Of a DNA stretch of 64,000 bases, positions 28,612 through 38,364 are shown piece after piece (position 1 is the stretch's first letter; every line of letters begins with the position of its first letter). Below the pieces are notes generated by a model. That model made no database searches and was not told the origin of the DNA. It saw only the letters and a list, made by a program, of their open reading frames with translations. The position numbers were made by a program, and so were the translations under genes. The DNA comes from an uncultured Verrucomicrobiae bacterium (lineage in GTDB: Bacteria > Verrucomicrobiota > Verrucomicrobiia > Limisphaerales > UBA11358), in NCBI GenBank assembly GCA_963835625.1, contig CAWIGO010000002.1, positions 8,116 to 72,115 of the forward strand. Reading direction: 5' to 3'.

Positions 28612-29994
28612 ATGTTCGAAAAAATCCTGGTCGCTAATCGCGGTGAGATTGCTGTTCGGATTATTCGCGCTTGCAAGGAGTTGAACATCCGAACGGTGGC
28701 TGTTTATTCCAAGGCGGATGTGAACTCAATGCACGTGCAACTGGCCGATGAAGCCATTTGTATCGGTGAAGCACCATCGGCAGAGAGTTATTTGCGCATT
28801 GACCGAATTATAAGCGCAGCGGAAGTAATGGATGTGGATGCGATTCATCCCGGCTACGGTTTTCTTTCTGAGAACCCTCATTTTGTCGAAGTATGTTCAA
28901 GTTGTAATATTCGCTTCATAGGACCCAGCCCACGCGCAATGCAATTGTTAGAAGATAAGGCAGTCAGCCGTGCGCTGGCCAAAAAAGCTGGTGTGCCAAC
29001 GCCGCCGGGTTCGGAAGGCGCTGTTGAGAAAGAGCAGGAAGCATTGGCCATCGCCAAACGCATTGGTTATCCGGTGATGATTAAGGCTGTGGCTGGCGGC
29101 GGCGGACGTGGGATGCGCACGGCGCATAATGATATTTCGCTGGTGAAGGGCTATCACACGGCGCGAACCGAAGCGGAAAAGGCGTTTGGCAATTCAGGCG
29201 TCTATATCGAGAAATTCATCGAAAATCCGCATCACATTGAAATTCAAATTCTGGGCGATCAAAAGGGTCGCATCATTCATTTGGGGGAGCGTGATTGTTC
29301 CGTTCAACGCCGCAACCAAAAACTTATTGAAGAGGCGCCGTCGCCGTTGCTGGAATACAAGTTTCGCAAACTACGGGACAAAATCGGCAAGGCCGCCGTG
29401 AAAATTGCCGAGGCGGCGCACTACACCAACGCCGGCACGGTTGAATTCCTCGTGGATAGCCGCGGCAATTTTTATTTCCTCGAAGTCAACAAACGAATTC
29501 AAGTCGAGCACCCTGTTACCGAGGAAGTTACTGGCATTGACCTCGTGCGTTATCAAATCTTGCTCGCGATGGGCGAACCATTGCAGCATTCGCAGAGCGA
29601 CATCCAAATCAAAGGCCATGCTATTGAATGCCGCATTAATGCCGAAGACCCGTTTGATGGCTTTCGTCCCAGCCCCGGTCGCATTGAAATGTATTTTCAA
29701 CCCGGCGGACGAGGTGTGCGCGTGGATACGCATGCTTACGCGGGTTACACGATTCCGCCGACTTATGACTCGATGATTGGCAAGCTCATCACGAGCGGCA
29801 ATGATCGGCGTGAGGCCATGGATCGAATGAACTGCGCGCTCTCCGAATACATGATTACAGGCATCAAGACAAATGTCGCCTTTCAGCAAGCCGTCATGCA
29901 GGATCCGAATTTCCGGCGCGGTGTTTATTCAACCGGCTTTGTCGAGCAATTACTGGGTGGTGCACGACGGGAGCTGATTGATGAAAAAAGTTAA
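28612..29994 (+). CDS. accC: Acetyl-CoA carboxylase biotin carboxylase subunit
   Basis: [23 protein letters not shown]-grasp fold, 460 aa. Confidence 0.95.
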   Translation: MFEKILVANRGEIAVRIIRACKELNIRTVAVYSKADVNSMHVQLADEAICIGEAPSAESYLRIDRIISAAEVMDVDAIHPGYGFLSENPHFVEVCSSCNIRFIGPSPRAMQLLEDKAVSRALAKKAGVPTPPGSEGAVEKEQEALAIAKRIGYPVMIKAVAGGGGRGMRTAHNDISLVKGYHTARTEAEKAFGNSGVYIEKFIENPHHIEIQILGDQKGRIIHLGERDCSVQRRNQKLIEEAPSPLLEYKFRKLRDKIGKAAVKIAEAAHYTNAGTVEFLVDSRGNFYFLEVNKRIQVEHPVTEEVTGIDLVRYQILLAMGEPLQHSQSDIQIKGHAIECRINAEDPFDGFRPSPGRIEMYFQPGGRGVRVDTHAYAGYTIPPTYDSMIGKLITSGNDRREAMDRMNCALSEYMITGIKTNVAFQQAVMQDPNFRRGVYSTGFVEQLLGGARRELIDEKS

Positions 29995-30035
29995 AATTGT
30001 TCCACTTTTTGTTGATTTCGAACGGTTGTTCTCTT

Positions 30036-30073
30036 AACCGGAGTGGTATTTTTTGCCCGGTTTTTATTTTTTT
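30036..30073 (+). terminator. Weak intrinsic terminator candidate after accC
   Basis: AACCGG-15 nt-CCGGTT followed by a T-run. Confidence 0.3.
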
Positions 30074-30083
30074 GAATAAGGAT

Positions 30084-30111
30084 TTGACAGCCGCCGGAGG
30101 CCGGTTATTCT
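30084..30111 (+). promoter_or_regulatory. Candidate sigma-70 promoter
   Basis: TTGACA, 16 nt spacer, TATTCT. Confidence 0.3.
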
Positions 30112-30126
30112 AACTGACCAAACATT

Positions 30127-30540
30127 ATGGCCGAGATTCCTCCGAAAATTCCAAGTGCTTCCACGGGCATTGTGCTGCCGCCGAAAAAAGAAACCGGCAA
30201 AGTTCAGCCCAAAAAAGAAACCGTTCGCATCAGTTTACCGTCCAAGCCGTCCACCGCGCCGACAATTAAATTGCCCACGCTTCCACCCGGCGGCCCAACC
30301 GGTGCGCCAAGCGCCATGCCGTCCGCTGCAGCTCCCGCGCAAGCTGTGCCTCGTGCAACTGCTGCGCCCGCTACTCCACCACGTTCCGCTCCGGCAGTGC
30401 GGCAAACTGCGCGTGCTGCTGCTCCGACGATCAACCCGCTGGATCAAATTCTTGTCATTGCCGCAGCCGTGACCGGACTGTTCGCCATCGTCACAACGGT
30501 TTGGATGATGCTGATTCTGAGCGGCGCGATGAATCGGTAA
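30127..30540 (+). CDS. Pro/Ala-rich hypothetical protein with a C-terminal TM anchor
   Basis: Low-complexity PKKET repeats and one C-terminal TM. Confidence 0.5.
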   Translation: MAEIPPKIPSASTGIVLPPKKETGKVQPKKETVRISLPSKPSTAPTIKLPTLPPGGPTGAPSAMPSAAAPAQAVPRATAAPATPPRSAPAVRQTARAAAPTINPLDQILVIAAAVTGLFAIVTTVWMMLILSGAMNR

Positions 30541-30575
30541 TTTGGTGCGACAACCGTATTTTTCTCGTTTGACGT

Positions 30576-30908
30576 ATGGCTTCCCCATTAATCGTCGCGC
30601 TCACACAGGAAAACTTTGCCCATCAAGTTTTGCAATCACCGGTGCCCGTGCTCGTGGATTTCTGGGCTGAATGGTGTGGCCCGTGTAAAATGATCGTGCC
30701 GCTTCTTGACGAACTCGCCGACGAATACGACGGCAAAGTGAAAATCGGCAAGGTCAATGTTGACGAACAACAGTTGCTCGCCGCCGAATATGGCATTCGC
30801 GCCATTCCCACGTTGCTCATTTTCCACAACGGCCAGGTTGCCGACCAGATTGTCGGTGCGCGCAGCAAACGGGAATTTAAAGCCAGTCTCGACAGCGTCA
30901 TGGCCTGA
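30576..30908 (+). CDS. trxA: Thioredoxin
   Basis: WAEWCGPCK active site, 110 aa. Confidence 0.95.
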   Translation: MASPLIVALTQENFAHQVLQSPVPVLVDFWAEWCGPCKMIVPLLDELADEYDGKVKIGKVNVDEQQLLAAEYGIRAIPTLLIFHNGQVADQIVGARSKREFKASLDSVMA

Positions 30909-30998
30909 GAGTGTCGCGGAGTACGCCTTTCATTGTGTCACACCCCGACAATTCACCCGGCGCTGCGGGCGGATTCTAATTCCACTTTCACCGCATTT

Positions 30999-33182
30999 TT
31001 ACAACTCATCTTGCCGGCTGAATTCGCGAATCGCGGCTCTCCACCATGACCCGAGTGATTCCCTTGGACACAGCCATGATTGATGATGCAGCCAGACCAT
31101 CGTGTGTGCATCGGCCATGACCAAAAGCCGTTCAGCAGCGGTCAGCTTGTTCGGCCCATCGGCGAGCAGTTTTTCAGCGAGCGCACGAACCACCGGACTG
31201 CCAACGCCGAGTTTGTTCAATTGCTCGGCATAAATCGGATTTAATTTTTTCTCGCGTAAAAGTGAAACATGAATCGCGTTGACATAAGGGTCGAGCACGG
31301 CTTTGGCCAGGCCGGCATGCGGGCGGCATGGCGCGGTATCACTGGTGAGTTCATGAATTTTCAAATGTGCGCGCAAAGAGACAAGTTCCGGCGGCGGTTT
31401 TGTTTCTTCCGGCGTTAGAAACAGTCCGAGTTTTCGCGCGTGCGCTCCAAGGCTGCGCCGGCTGGTCAACACGCTGAGTGGAATGGAAAACGCCAAGCCC
31501 GTGAATACAGGCGTGAACCACCAGAACAAAGACCGGTCAAGCTGCCACATGAACGCGCCCCAAATCAATCCAATCAATGTGTGTCCCCAATGACGTCGAA
31601 TGGCAAATAACCAGGATGTGCCATCGGCGGCGCGTTTTTGCCGGCCCCAACTCACGCTCCTGCCAAACAGATTTGTGACGATAAAGCGCGTATGCCACAA
31701 CATTTGCAACGGTGCATGCAAGGTGGAAAAGATTGTTTCGCCGGTGACGCCAACAGTGGCACGGGACAACCCGCCAAACGCCCGCCGACGTTTCCCATCG
31801 TGTGCGAGGTCGATCAGAGCGAGCAGTTTGGGCAGCATGAGCACGATCATGCAAATAATGAAAACGAGCAACGCGTGCGCGGTACCGCTCAAGTTCAAAT
31901 ATGGTGTGAAGGCGTGAACGGTGATGTTTGACAGGCCGGAGTGTTTTTGAAACCAGTGGATCCAAATAAACGTCACCAGGAATGCCAGCCAAAGCGGTCC
32001 CGCGAGATAGCCACAAATGCCAAGGAGCAAATGCACCCGGCTTACGTCGCGCAATCCTTTGGCAAAGAGCACGAGGCCGTGTTGCAGGTTGCCCTGGCAC
32101 CAGCGGCGGTCGCGTTGGGCATTTTCGATGATGCCTTGAGGCGTTTCTTCATAGCTGCCTTCAAGGTCGTAAGCGAACCAGATTTCCCAGTTTTCGCGCA
32201 GCAATAACGCAGCTTCGACAAAGTCGTGGCTGAGAATCTGGCCGCCGAACGGTTTGCGACCGGGCAGTTGCGGCAGGTCGCAATATTGCATAAACGGCTC
32301 GGTGCGGATGATGGCGTTGTGTCCCCAATAATTGCCGAGGTTGAGCGCCCAATAATTCAGGCCGGCGATGAAAAGCGGCGCATAGAGGCGGTTGGCGAAT
32401 TGCTGAATGCGTCCGAATAACGATTCCGCATTGACCAGCGCCGGCACCGTTTGAATCAGTCCGACGGTCGGATGCGCTTCCATTAATTTGACCAAACCCA
32501 CGAGTGTTTCACCGCGCATGACGCTGTCGGCATCGCACACCATGAAATAGCGATAACGACGGCCCCAGACGTTGAGAAAATCACGGACGTTGCCACTCTT
32601 GCGGCCTTCGTTGTTCAGGCGGCGTCGATAGTAAATGCGGCCGAGCGCGTCGAGTTCGTGAATCAAATCATACCAGCACTGTTCCTCTTCAACCCATTTG
32701 TCGGGGTCGGTCGAATCACTCAGGATGAAGAAGTCGAAACGCTCAAGTTGGCCGGTTTTTTCGAGCGATTCATAAGTGGCGCGCAAGCCTTCATAAACGC
32801 GGACGACATTCTCGTTGTAGATCGGGAAGACAATTGCCGTGCTCGTGCCGGCGATGCTCTGCGCGCGGCAGTCCACCAGTCGCGTGATGCTTTGGCGCGC
32901 GCCGGACTTTCGCAGCACAAAGCCATATATGCCGTGCATGCAGCCGATGGCGGCCAGAAAAAACAAAATGACGAACAAAACCAGCAAAACCGTCCGCGAC
33001 GCGGACCAGCCCGTGCGCCAAAGCAAATCGGCAAAAAGCATCGAAACCAAGCCAGTGAGCGCCATGGCGCATGAATAAAAAATGAACAGCCGCCAGCCGC
33101 GTCGGATGCGAGGCATGGGCGTCACGCCAAGCGGTGGCGACTGGCTCGAAGCCGGAGGGGATTGGGAAACAACGCCGGGCAT
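30999..33182 (-). CDS. opgH: Osmoregulated periplasmic glucan glucosyltransferase OpgH/MdoH
   Basis: 727 aa, GT2 core with DAD and QRDRRWCQGNLQH motifs, multiple TMs. Confidence 0.9.
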   Translation of the reverse strand: MPGVVSQSPPASSQSPPLGVTPMPRIRRGWRLFIFYSCAMALTGLVSMLFADLLWRTGWSASRTVLLVLFVILFFLAAIGCMHGIYGFVLRKSGARQSITRLVDCRAQSIAGTSTAIVFPIYNENVVRVYEGLRATYESLEKTGQLERFDFFILSDSTDPDKWVEEEQCWYDLIHELDALGRIYYRRRLNNEGRKSGNVRDFLNVWGRRYRYFMVCDADSVMRGETLVGLVKLMEAHPTVGLIQTVPALVNAESLFGRIQQFANRLYAPLFIAGLNYWALNLGNYWGHNAIIRTEPFMQYCDLPQLPGRKPFGGQILSHDFVEAALLLRENWEIWFAYDLEGSYEETPQGIIENAQRDRRWCQGNLQHGLVLFAKGLRDVSRVHLLLGICGYLAGPLWLAFLVTFIWIHWFQKHSGLSNITVHAFTPYLNLSGTAHALLVFIICMIVLMLPKLLALIDLAHDGKRRRAFGGLSRATVGVTGETIFSTLHAPLQMLWHTRFIVTNLFGRSVSWGRQKRAADGTSWLFAIRRHWGHTLIGLIWGAFMWQLDRSLFWWFTPVFTGLAFSIPLSVLTSRRSLGAHARKLGLFLTPEETKPPPELVSLRAHLKIHELTSDTAPCRPHAGLAKAVLDPYVNAIHVSLLREKKLNPIYAEQLNKLGVGSPVVRALAEKLLADGPNKLTAAERLLVMADAHTMVWLHHQSWLCPRESLGSWWRAAIREFSRQDEL

Positions 33183-33185
33183 GGC

Positions 33186-33764
33186 TCAATGGGTGAGGAT
33201 GAAAATAATTATCAGCAACAATGCAAATAACGTCCATGACAACGCCATTTTCAGGTAGGGGATCCGGCCCAAATTTGTTAGTGTTGTGATGGGGCCGAGA
33301 TCAAATGGGCGCGGTGTCATTTTGGAAAGCTGAAAATCCGGCCCGGCGCGCAAATAGGTTTCGCGCATGGCATCGACAAATTGCTCAGGCCACGGGCCAG
33401 GACGCAAAAATTGATCCTGCCACCTGCCCGGCATATCGGCGAGCAGCAATGCCAGCCGCCCGCGCGTCGTTAACATTTGATCGGCATTCGCAGGCGATTC
33501 CTGAAGCACGGCGGCGAACCATTCAATCACAAGACGATCCATTTCCTCGGCGGCGAGCTGGGTGGTGGAACGGTCCGGCTCGGCGGGCGCGCGGTGCGCG
33601 GCGCGTTCGAGCACGCGGAGCACCAACTGGCCGAGCAGGGCTTTGTTGCGGACGCGCAGGGCGTGGAAATAATTCTCCACTTTTTCATACGCCGCATTCC
33701 ATTCTTCGAGCGGACGTCCCGCCAATTGGCCGGAGGAGTCGGTCAGCGTGCCGATGCCATTCAT
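33186..33764 (-). CDS. Hypothetical protein with a C-terminal TM, embedded between opgG and opgH
   Basis: The start ATG overlaps the opgG stop (ATGA) and the stop lies 3 nt before the opgH start. No recognisable domain. Confidence 0.6.
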   Translation of the reverse strand: MNGIGTLTDSSGQLAGRPLEEWNAAYEKVENYFHALRVRNKALLGQLVLRVLERAAHRAPAEPDRSTTQLAAEEMDRLVIEWFAAVLQESPANADQMLTTRGRLALLLADMPGRWQDQFLRPGPWPEQFVDAMRETYLRAGPDFQLSKMTPRPFDLGPITTLTNLGRIPYLKMALSWTLFALLLIIIFILTH

Positions 33765-35323
33765 GGCGGACTCCATTGATATGTCCAGGTTTCGCTTAAA
33801 ATGTTGGTTCCCTTTTGCAACGTGCAGCGCAGATCCACCAGATCGGTGTTGCCGGGCTTGGGCTGCATTTTTAAAACAACGCGCCAGGTGCCCAGTTCGG
33901 TGCAGCGCATGACCTGATTGTCCACAATCGCCGCGTTGGCACTGCAATTGGCAATGGCCTGCGGGGGATTGGTTTCGGAAATGGCGTCGAGTTCCGGCCC
34001 GTCGAAATCAATCACGAATTGCCGGCAATTCGCACAGCTTGAGTCAAGCCCCATGCGCGTGGACACGACTCTGTTTTCGGACACTTTGTCCGTTTCGCTC
34101 ATCCAACGAAGTGTATAGCTGAAGCGGTAGGGTTGCAGCGGCGCGGGTTTGTCTTTGGGATCCCAAAATACCACGATGTTGTCGCAGCCCTCGTAATTCG
34201 CGCTCAGTTCCACCAGATGCAAATCGCCGTCGCCCCAGTCGCCCCGCGGCTCGATCCACACGCTTGGTTCAAGCTGATAAAGGTTGAACATATCCTGGTA
34301 CGCCGCGAATGAACGCTCGCGCTGCAACAACCCAAAACCGCGGACATTCGGGGCGGAAAAAATCTGGTGGCGCATGACGGAGGGATTGTCGAGCGGATGC
34401 CAGAGCATTTCGCCGTTGTCCATGTGCACCAGCAGTCCATCGGTGTCGTGAACTTCAGGGCGGTAATCGTCGAATTTGCGCTCCGAATTTTTGCCGTACC
34501 AAAACATGCTTGTCAACGGCGCCAGCCCGATGGTTTTGACGGGTAGCCGGTTCGTATCCACGGCGTGGACCATGTTCGTATCGCGAAAAAACAGCACAGC
34601 CTCAACGTCAACCACGGTCGTTTCACCCGGGTGGATGATAAATTGATACGCGCCGGCGCAACTCACGCTGTCGAGTATGGCGAACAACTTTAATTGTCCA
34701 TCGTCCTTTTGCGGCTTGCCCAGCCACCAGTCGGTGAAAATGGGAAATTCCTCCGGACGATCCGGTTCGCCGCAGTCTAGGGCCAGCCCGCGCGCGGATT
34801 GGCCGTAACGTTGATCTTTGCCGAGCAGCCGGAAATAGCTTGCGCCAAGAAATGCGCCCAGTTCGTCCCATTGGTTGGTTTTGTTCAATTTATACAACAA
34901 ACGGAAGCCGGCGTAACCCGTGTCCGCGGGAATCTGGTTTTGAATGTGCAGATCCCCGTAATCGAAAAAATCCTGCACAAAGCGGATGGGCTGCATGTGC
35001 GTGGCCGTAAATTCATTGATATGCACCGGCTCCTGATAAAGATAGCCCGGGTGGAAAAACTCGACACGAAAGGGCAGATCGTCCGCCGTCCAGAGCGCTT
35101 GGTCGCGGCGGAAGCGGATTTCGCGATACTTGTCGTAATCGAGATTTTCCTGCCGCAATACCTTCGGCAAATCGGCGCGCGGCGAGTGGAAGGGATGTTC
35201 CGCCCGTTTCTCGGCCAGTTTTGCCACATAATCCAGCGTCACCTCGGCTGAATCCATGCCGGCCGAAGCCCTGGCCGCCAGCATCATACCCAAGAGCAAA
35301 ATCAGGCAATTACGTCGCAACAT
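33761..35323 (-). CDS. opgG: Periplasmic glucan biosynthesis protein OpgG/MdoG
   Basis: 520 aa, signal peptide, MdoG-family pattern (FHPGYLYQ, GFRLLYKLN, RGLALD). Confidence 0.88.
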   Translation of the reverse strand: MLRRNCLILLLGMMLAARASAGMDSAEVTLDYVAKLAEKRAEHPFHSPRADLPKVLRQENLDYDKYREIRFRRDQALWTADDLPFRVEFFHPGYLYQEPVHINEFTATHMQPIRFVQDFFDYGDLHIQNQIPADTGYAGFRLLYKLNKTNQWDELGAFLGASYFRLLGKDQRYGQSARGLALDCGEPDRPEEFPIFTDWWLGKPQKDDGQLKLFAILDSVSCAGAYQFIIHPGETTVVDVEAVLFFRDTNMVHAVDTNRLPVKTIGLAPLTSMFWYGKNSERKFDDYRPEVHDTDGLLVHMDNGEMLWHPLDNPSVMRHQIFSAPNVRGFGLLQRERSFAAYQDMFNLYQLEPSVWIEPRGDWGDGDLHLVELSANYEGCDNIVVFWDPKDKPAPLQPYRFSYTLRWMSETDKVSENRVVSTRMGLDSSCANCRQFVIDFDGPELDAISETNPPQAIANCSANAAIVDNQVMRCTELGTWRVVLKMQPKPGNTDLVDLRCTLQKGTNILSETWTYQWSPP

Positions 35324-35401
35324 AAAAGGATATAAGTAACGGATTGGCTGCGATTTGCAAGTTTACTCGGAACTCGCTGCGAATTGGAGAATTGCGCACG
35401 T

Positions 35402-36541
35402 TTAATCCAACGTCTGGCGGTAACGCTTGATGCCGATGGCCAGCATCACGACCAAGAACAGCGCAATCGGCCAGAGATCGGGCGTGATTTCGGCAAAGCC
35501 GTTTCCCTTCAACAAAATCCCGCGCACGACGCGGAGAAAATGCGTGAGCGGCAAAAGCTCGCCGATGTCCTGCGCCCAACCCGGCATTCCTCGAAACGGA
35601 AACATGTAGCCGGACAACAGCAGCGACGGCAGAAAAAAGAAAAACGCCATTTGCACCGCCTGAAGCTGGTTTTTGGCAATGGTCGAAAACGTGATGCCGA
35701 CCGCGAGGTTCGCCACGATGAACAGAAACGTAAGCCCCAGCAACAACGGCACGCTGCCCACAATCGGCACGTTGAACAGAAACTTCGACGCCAGCAAAAT
35801 CAGAAAGACCTGAATGTAACCTACTGTGATGTAGGGCACGATTTTGCCAATCATCACTTCACCCGGACGCGCCGGTGTGGAGAGCAGATTTTCCATCGTG
35901 CCGCGCTCGCGCTCGCGCGTGATGGCCAGCGCGGTGATGATGATCATTGTCATTGTCAGCATAATGCCCATCAACCCGGGCACGATGTTGTATTGGGTGA
36001 TGTTTTCCGGGTTGTAATGCTGATGCACCACTAGATTGAACGGCGAAGGGGTGTAGCGCAGCTTCGTCAATGGTCCGGTGAGGTCGCGATTCAACACAGT
36101 GGTCGCCAGCAAGTTTACAGCGGCGATGGCGTAGCCGGTGGCTGCCGGATCGGTCGCGTCGGCTTCCAGCAACAAGTCGGGTTTTTCGCCGTGCAGCAGT
36201 TTGCGGGAAAAATCCACCGGGATTTCCATGGCGAATTGGACCGTGCCTTGAGCGAGCATTTTTTGGATTTCCGCCTCATTTTTCGGTTCGCGGACAATGT
36301 CGAAGTAACTGCTGTTGCGCATTGCCCACACAATCGTCCGCGAAAAAACGCTGTTATCCGCCACATAAACGGCTGTGGGCAGATGCTTCGGATCAGAATT
36401 GATGGCGTAGCCGAAGATAATAAGCTGGAGTATCGGGATGCCGATCATCATGGCGAACGTGACACGGTCACGGCGCATCTGGATGAATTCCTTGCCGACA
36501 ATCGCGCAGAACCGCCGCCAGTTGAACTCGTGCAGTTTCAT
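35402..36541 (-). CDS. ABC-2 type transporter permease
   Basis: YbhS/YbhR-like layout with a large first loop and six TMs. ATGA overlap with the upstream ATPase gene. Confidence 0.85.
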   Translation of the reverse strand: MKLHEFNWRRFCAIVGKEFIQMRRDRVTFAMMIGIPILQLIIFGYAINSDPKHLPTAVYVADNSVFSRTIVWAMRNSSYFDIVREPKNEAEIQKMLAQGTVQFAMEIPVDFSRKLLHGEKPDLLLEADATDPAATGYAIAAVNLLATTVLNRDLTGPLTKLRYTPSPFNLVVHQHYNPENITQYNIVPGLMGIMLTMTMIIITALAITRERERGTMENLLSTPARPGEVMIGKIVPYITVGYIQVFLILLASKFLFNVPIVGSVPLLLGLTFLFIVANLAVGITFSTIAKNQLQAVQMAFFFFLPSLLLSGYMFPFRGMPGWAQDIGELLPLTHFLRVVRGILLKGNGFAEITPDLWPIALFLVVMLAIGIKRYRQTLD

Positions 36542-37464
36542 GAAAAATTGTCCTCTGCACTTTTCATCAGGCCGACGAATACGTCCTCCAGCCCGGATTC
36601 GATTTGTTGCCAGCGATACGCGCCGGTCATCCACGGACTCATGCTTTCGCGCAGTCGCGCCGCGTCACGACCGCTCACGTGCAACGTCGTGCCAAACGCG
36701 ACGACCTGTTCGACTCCGGGTTTGTTGCGGATTTTTCCGGCGAGCTCCGGCAAATCCGGCCCGGTGACTTCCCAAGTTGTCAGGCCTGCGGCTTTCACGA
36801 CCTCCTCAACGCTGCCACGCGTGAGCAAATTACCATAGGCGATGTAGGCCAGCCGATGGCAGCGTTCGGCCTCATCCATGTAATGTGTCGTGATGAGGGC
36901 GGTCAAGCCACCGGCGGCGAGCTGGTGAATCTCGTCCCAAAAATCGCGGCGCGCCTTTGGGTCCACACCCGCCGTCGGCTCATCAAGCAGCAGCAATTGC
37001 GGCTCATGAATCAAACATGCGGAAAGCGCCAATCGTTGTTTCCAACCACCGGAAAGCGTTCCGGCAAGCTGGCGGCGGCGCGCCGTCATGCCGAGGCGTT
37101 CAAGGCTTTTTTCAACGGCGGTTTTGCGCCGCGGCACGCCGTAAATGCGCGCAGTGAAATCCAGATTCTCCTCGATGGTCAGGTCTTCATAAAAACTGAA
37201 CCGCTGTGTCATGTAACCGACGTTTTTCTTGATCTCGCTGGATTCAGTGCGGATGTCGAACCCCAGACAACGCCCGCTGCCGCCGTCAGGCCTGAGCAGG
37301 CCGCAGAGCATACGCAGAAACGTTGTCTTGCCGCTGCCGTTCGGCCCAAGAAAACCGTAAATCTCGCCACGCTGCACCTGCATGGGGATGTTGTTTACGA
37401 CCGTGCGGCTGCCGAACCGCTTCGTGATGCCCTGCACGTCAATCACGAGGTCGTTCGCACTCAT
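36538..37464 (-). CDS. ABC transporter ATP-binding protein
   Basis: Walker A GPNGSGKTT, signature LSGGWKQR, Walker B LLLLDEPT. Confidence 0.92.
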   Translation of the reverse strand: MSANDLVIDVQGITKRFGSRTVVNNIPMQVQRGEIYGFLGPNGSGKTTFLRMLCGLLRPDGGSGRCLGFDIRTESSEIKKNVGYMTQRFSFYEDLTIEENLDFTARIYGVPRRKTAVEKSLERLGMTARRRQLAGTLSGGWKQRLALSACLIHEPQLLLLDEPTAGVDPKARRDFWDEIHQLAAGGLTALITTHYMDEAERCHRLAYIAYGNLLTRGSVEEVVKAAGLTTWEVTGPDLPELAGKIRNKPGVEQVVAFGTTLHVSGRDAARLRESMSPWMTGAYRWQQIESGLEDVFVGLMKSAEDNFS

Positions 37465-37466
37465 AA

Positions 37467-38285
37467 TCAGGGATTTACCTGCACATCAACTGGCTGCCCG
37501 GGACGAAGGTTCGCCGCATCCGCCGGAGAAAATTTTGCTTCAATCATGTAAACCAGCTTCGCGCGGTTCTCTTGGCTGTAAATCACCGGTGGCGTGAACT
37601 CGGCCTGTGTCGAAATGTAATTGACCGTGGCCGAATGCGCGTGCTGACCGCCATCGAACGTCACGCTGACGGTCTGGCCGGGTTTGATTCGCGGCAAAAC
37701 CGTTTCCGGCACGAAGAAACGCACTTTAATGTTTGCCGGCGGCAGCAATTCAACGACTGGATTGCCCGCCGCCACCCATTCGCCGACGCGATACAGCGTG
37801 TCTTGAACGAACGCATTCGTCGGTGCGAATTGCTCCTTTTGGTCGAATGACCAGAGCGCTTTGTCCACCGCGGCTTTTTGCGACCCGACTCGCGCCTGGT
37901 CGGCATCCCGCTGAGCACGGGCCTGGTCCAGTTCTTCGGCGGAAATCACCTCCAGATGATCTTCGCGCAATTGTTGGCGGCGGGCATATTCGGCTTGTGA
38001 AAGCACAAGGTTGGCTTCCGCTTGCGCCAGATTTTTTTCGGCCTCATTCAATGCGGCAGCCTCGGAATTCCGCTCCAATTCAAACAGCAGTTGTCCGGTT
38101 TTTACCTCATCGCCACGGGCGACGGCAAGATTTGTCAGTGCGCCACCGAGGGGAGAGGCCACGTAAACATATTCGCCTTCGATGTAGCCTTGGAACACGC
38201 TGGACGATTTGCTTGAACAACCGGTGATAAAAACCGCGGATAAAAGCAGTCCGACGGACAAAATGGCAGTTTTTCGCAGGCTCAT
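37467..38285 (-). CDS. HlyD-family periplasmic adaptor lipoprotein
   Basis: Lipobox ITGCS, biotinyl-lipoyl-like hairpin plus coiled coil. Confidence 0.85.
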   Translation of the reverse strand: MSLRKTAILSVGLLLSAVFITGCSSKSSSVFQGYIEGEYVYVASPLGGALTNLAVARGDEVKTGQLLFELERNSEAAALNEAEKNLAQAEANLVLSQAEYARRQQLREDHLEVISAEELDQARAQRDADQARVGSQKAAVDKALWSFDQKEQFAPTNAFVQDTLYRVGEWVAAGNPVVELLPPANIKVRFFVPETVLPRIKPGQTVSVTFDGGQHAHSATVNYISTQAEFTPPVIYSQENRAKLVYMIEAKFSPADAANLRPGQPVDVQVNP

Positions 38286-38364
38286 TTACGTCAAGAAGAA
38301 CCGAAGTGGCGGAAATTTGCAAGTTTGCGTCAGACTGGCTGGAACTGCTAAGTTTGTGGCCGGT

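Noticed and set aside
27465-29994. The aroQ-accB-accC block downstream of tRNA-Leu as a horizontally acquired island (it looks slightly AT-richer)
   Set aside because: All three are single-copy-type housekeeping genes with no flanking repeats or mobility genes. The compositional impression was not computed and is modest.
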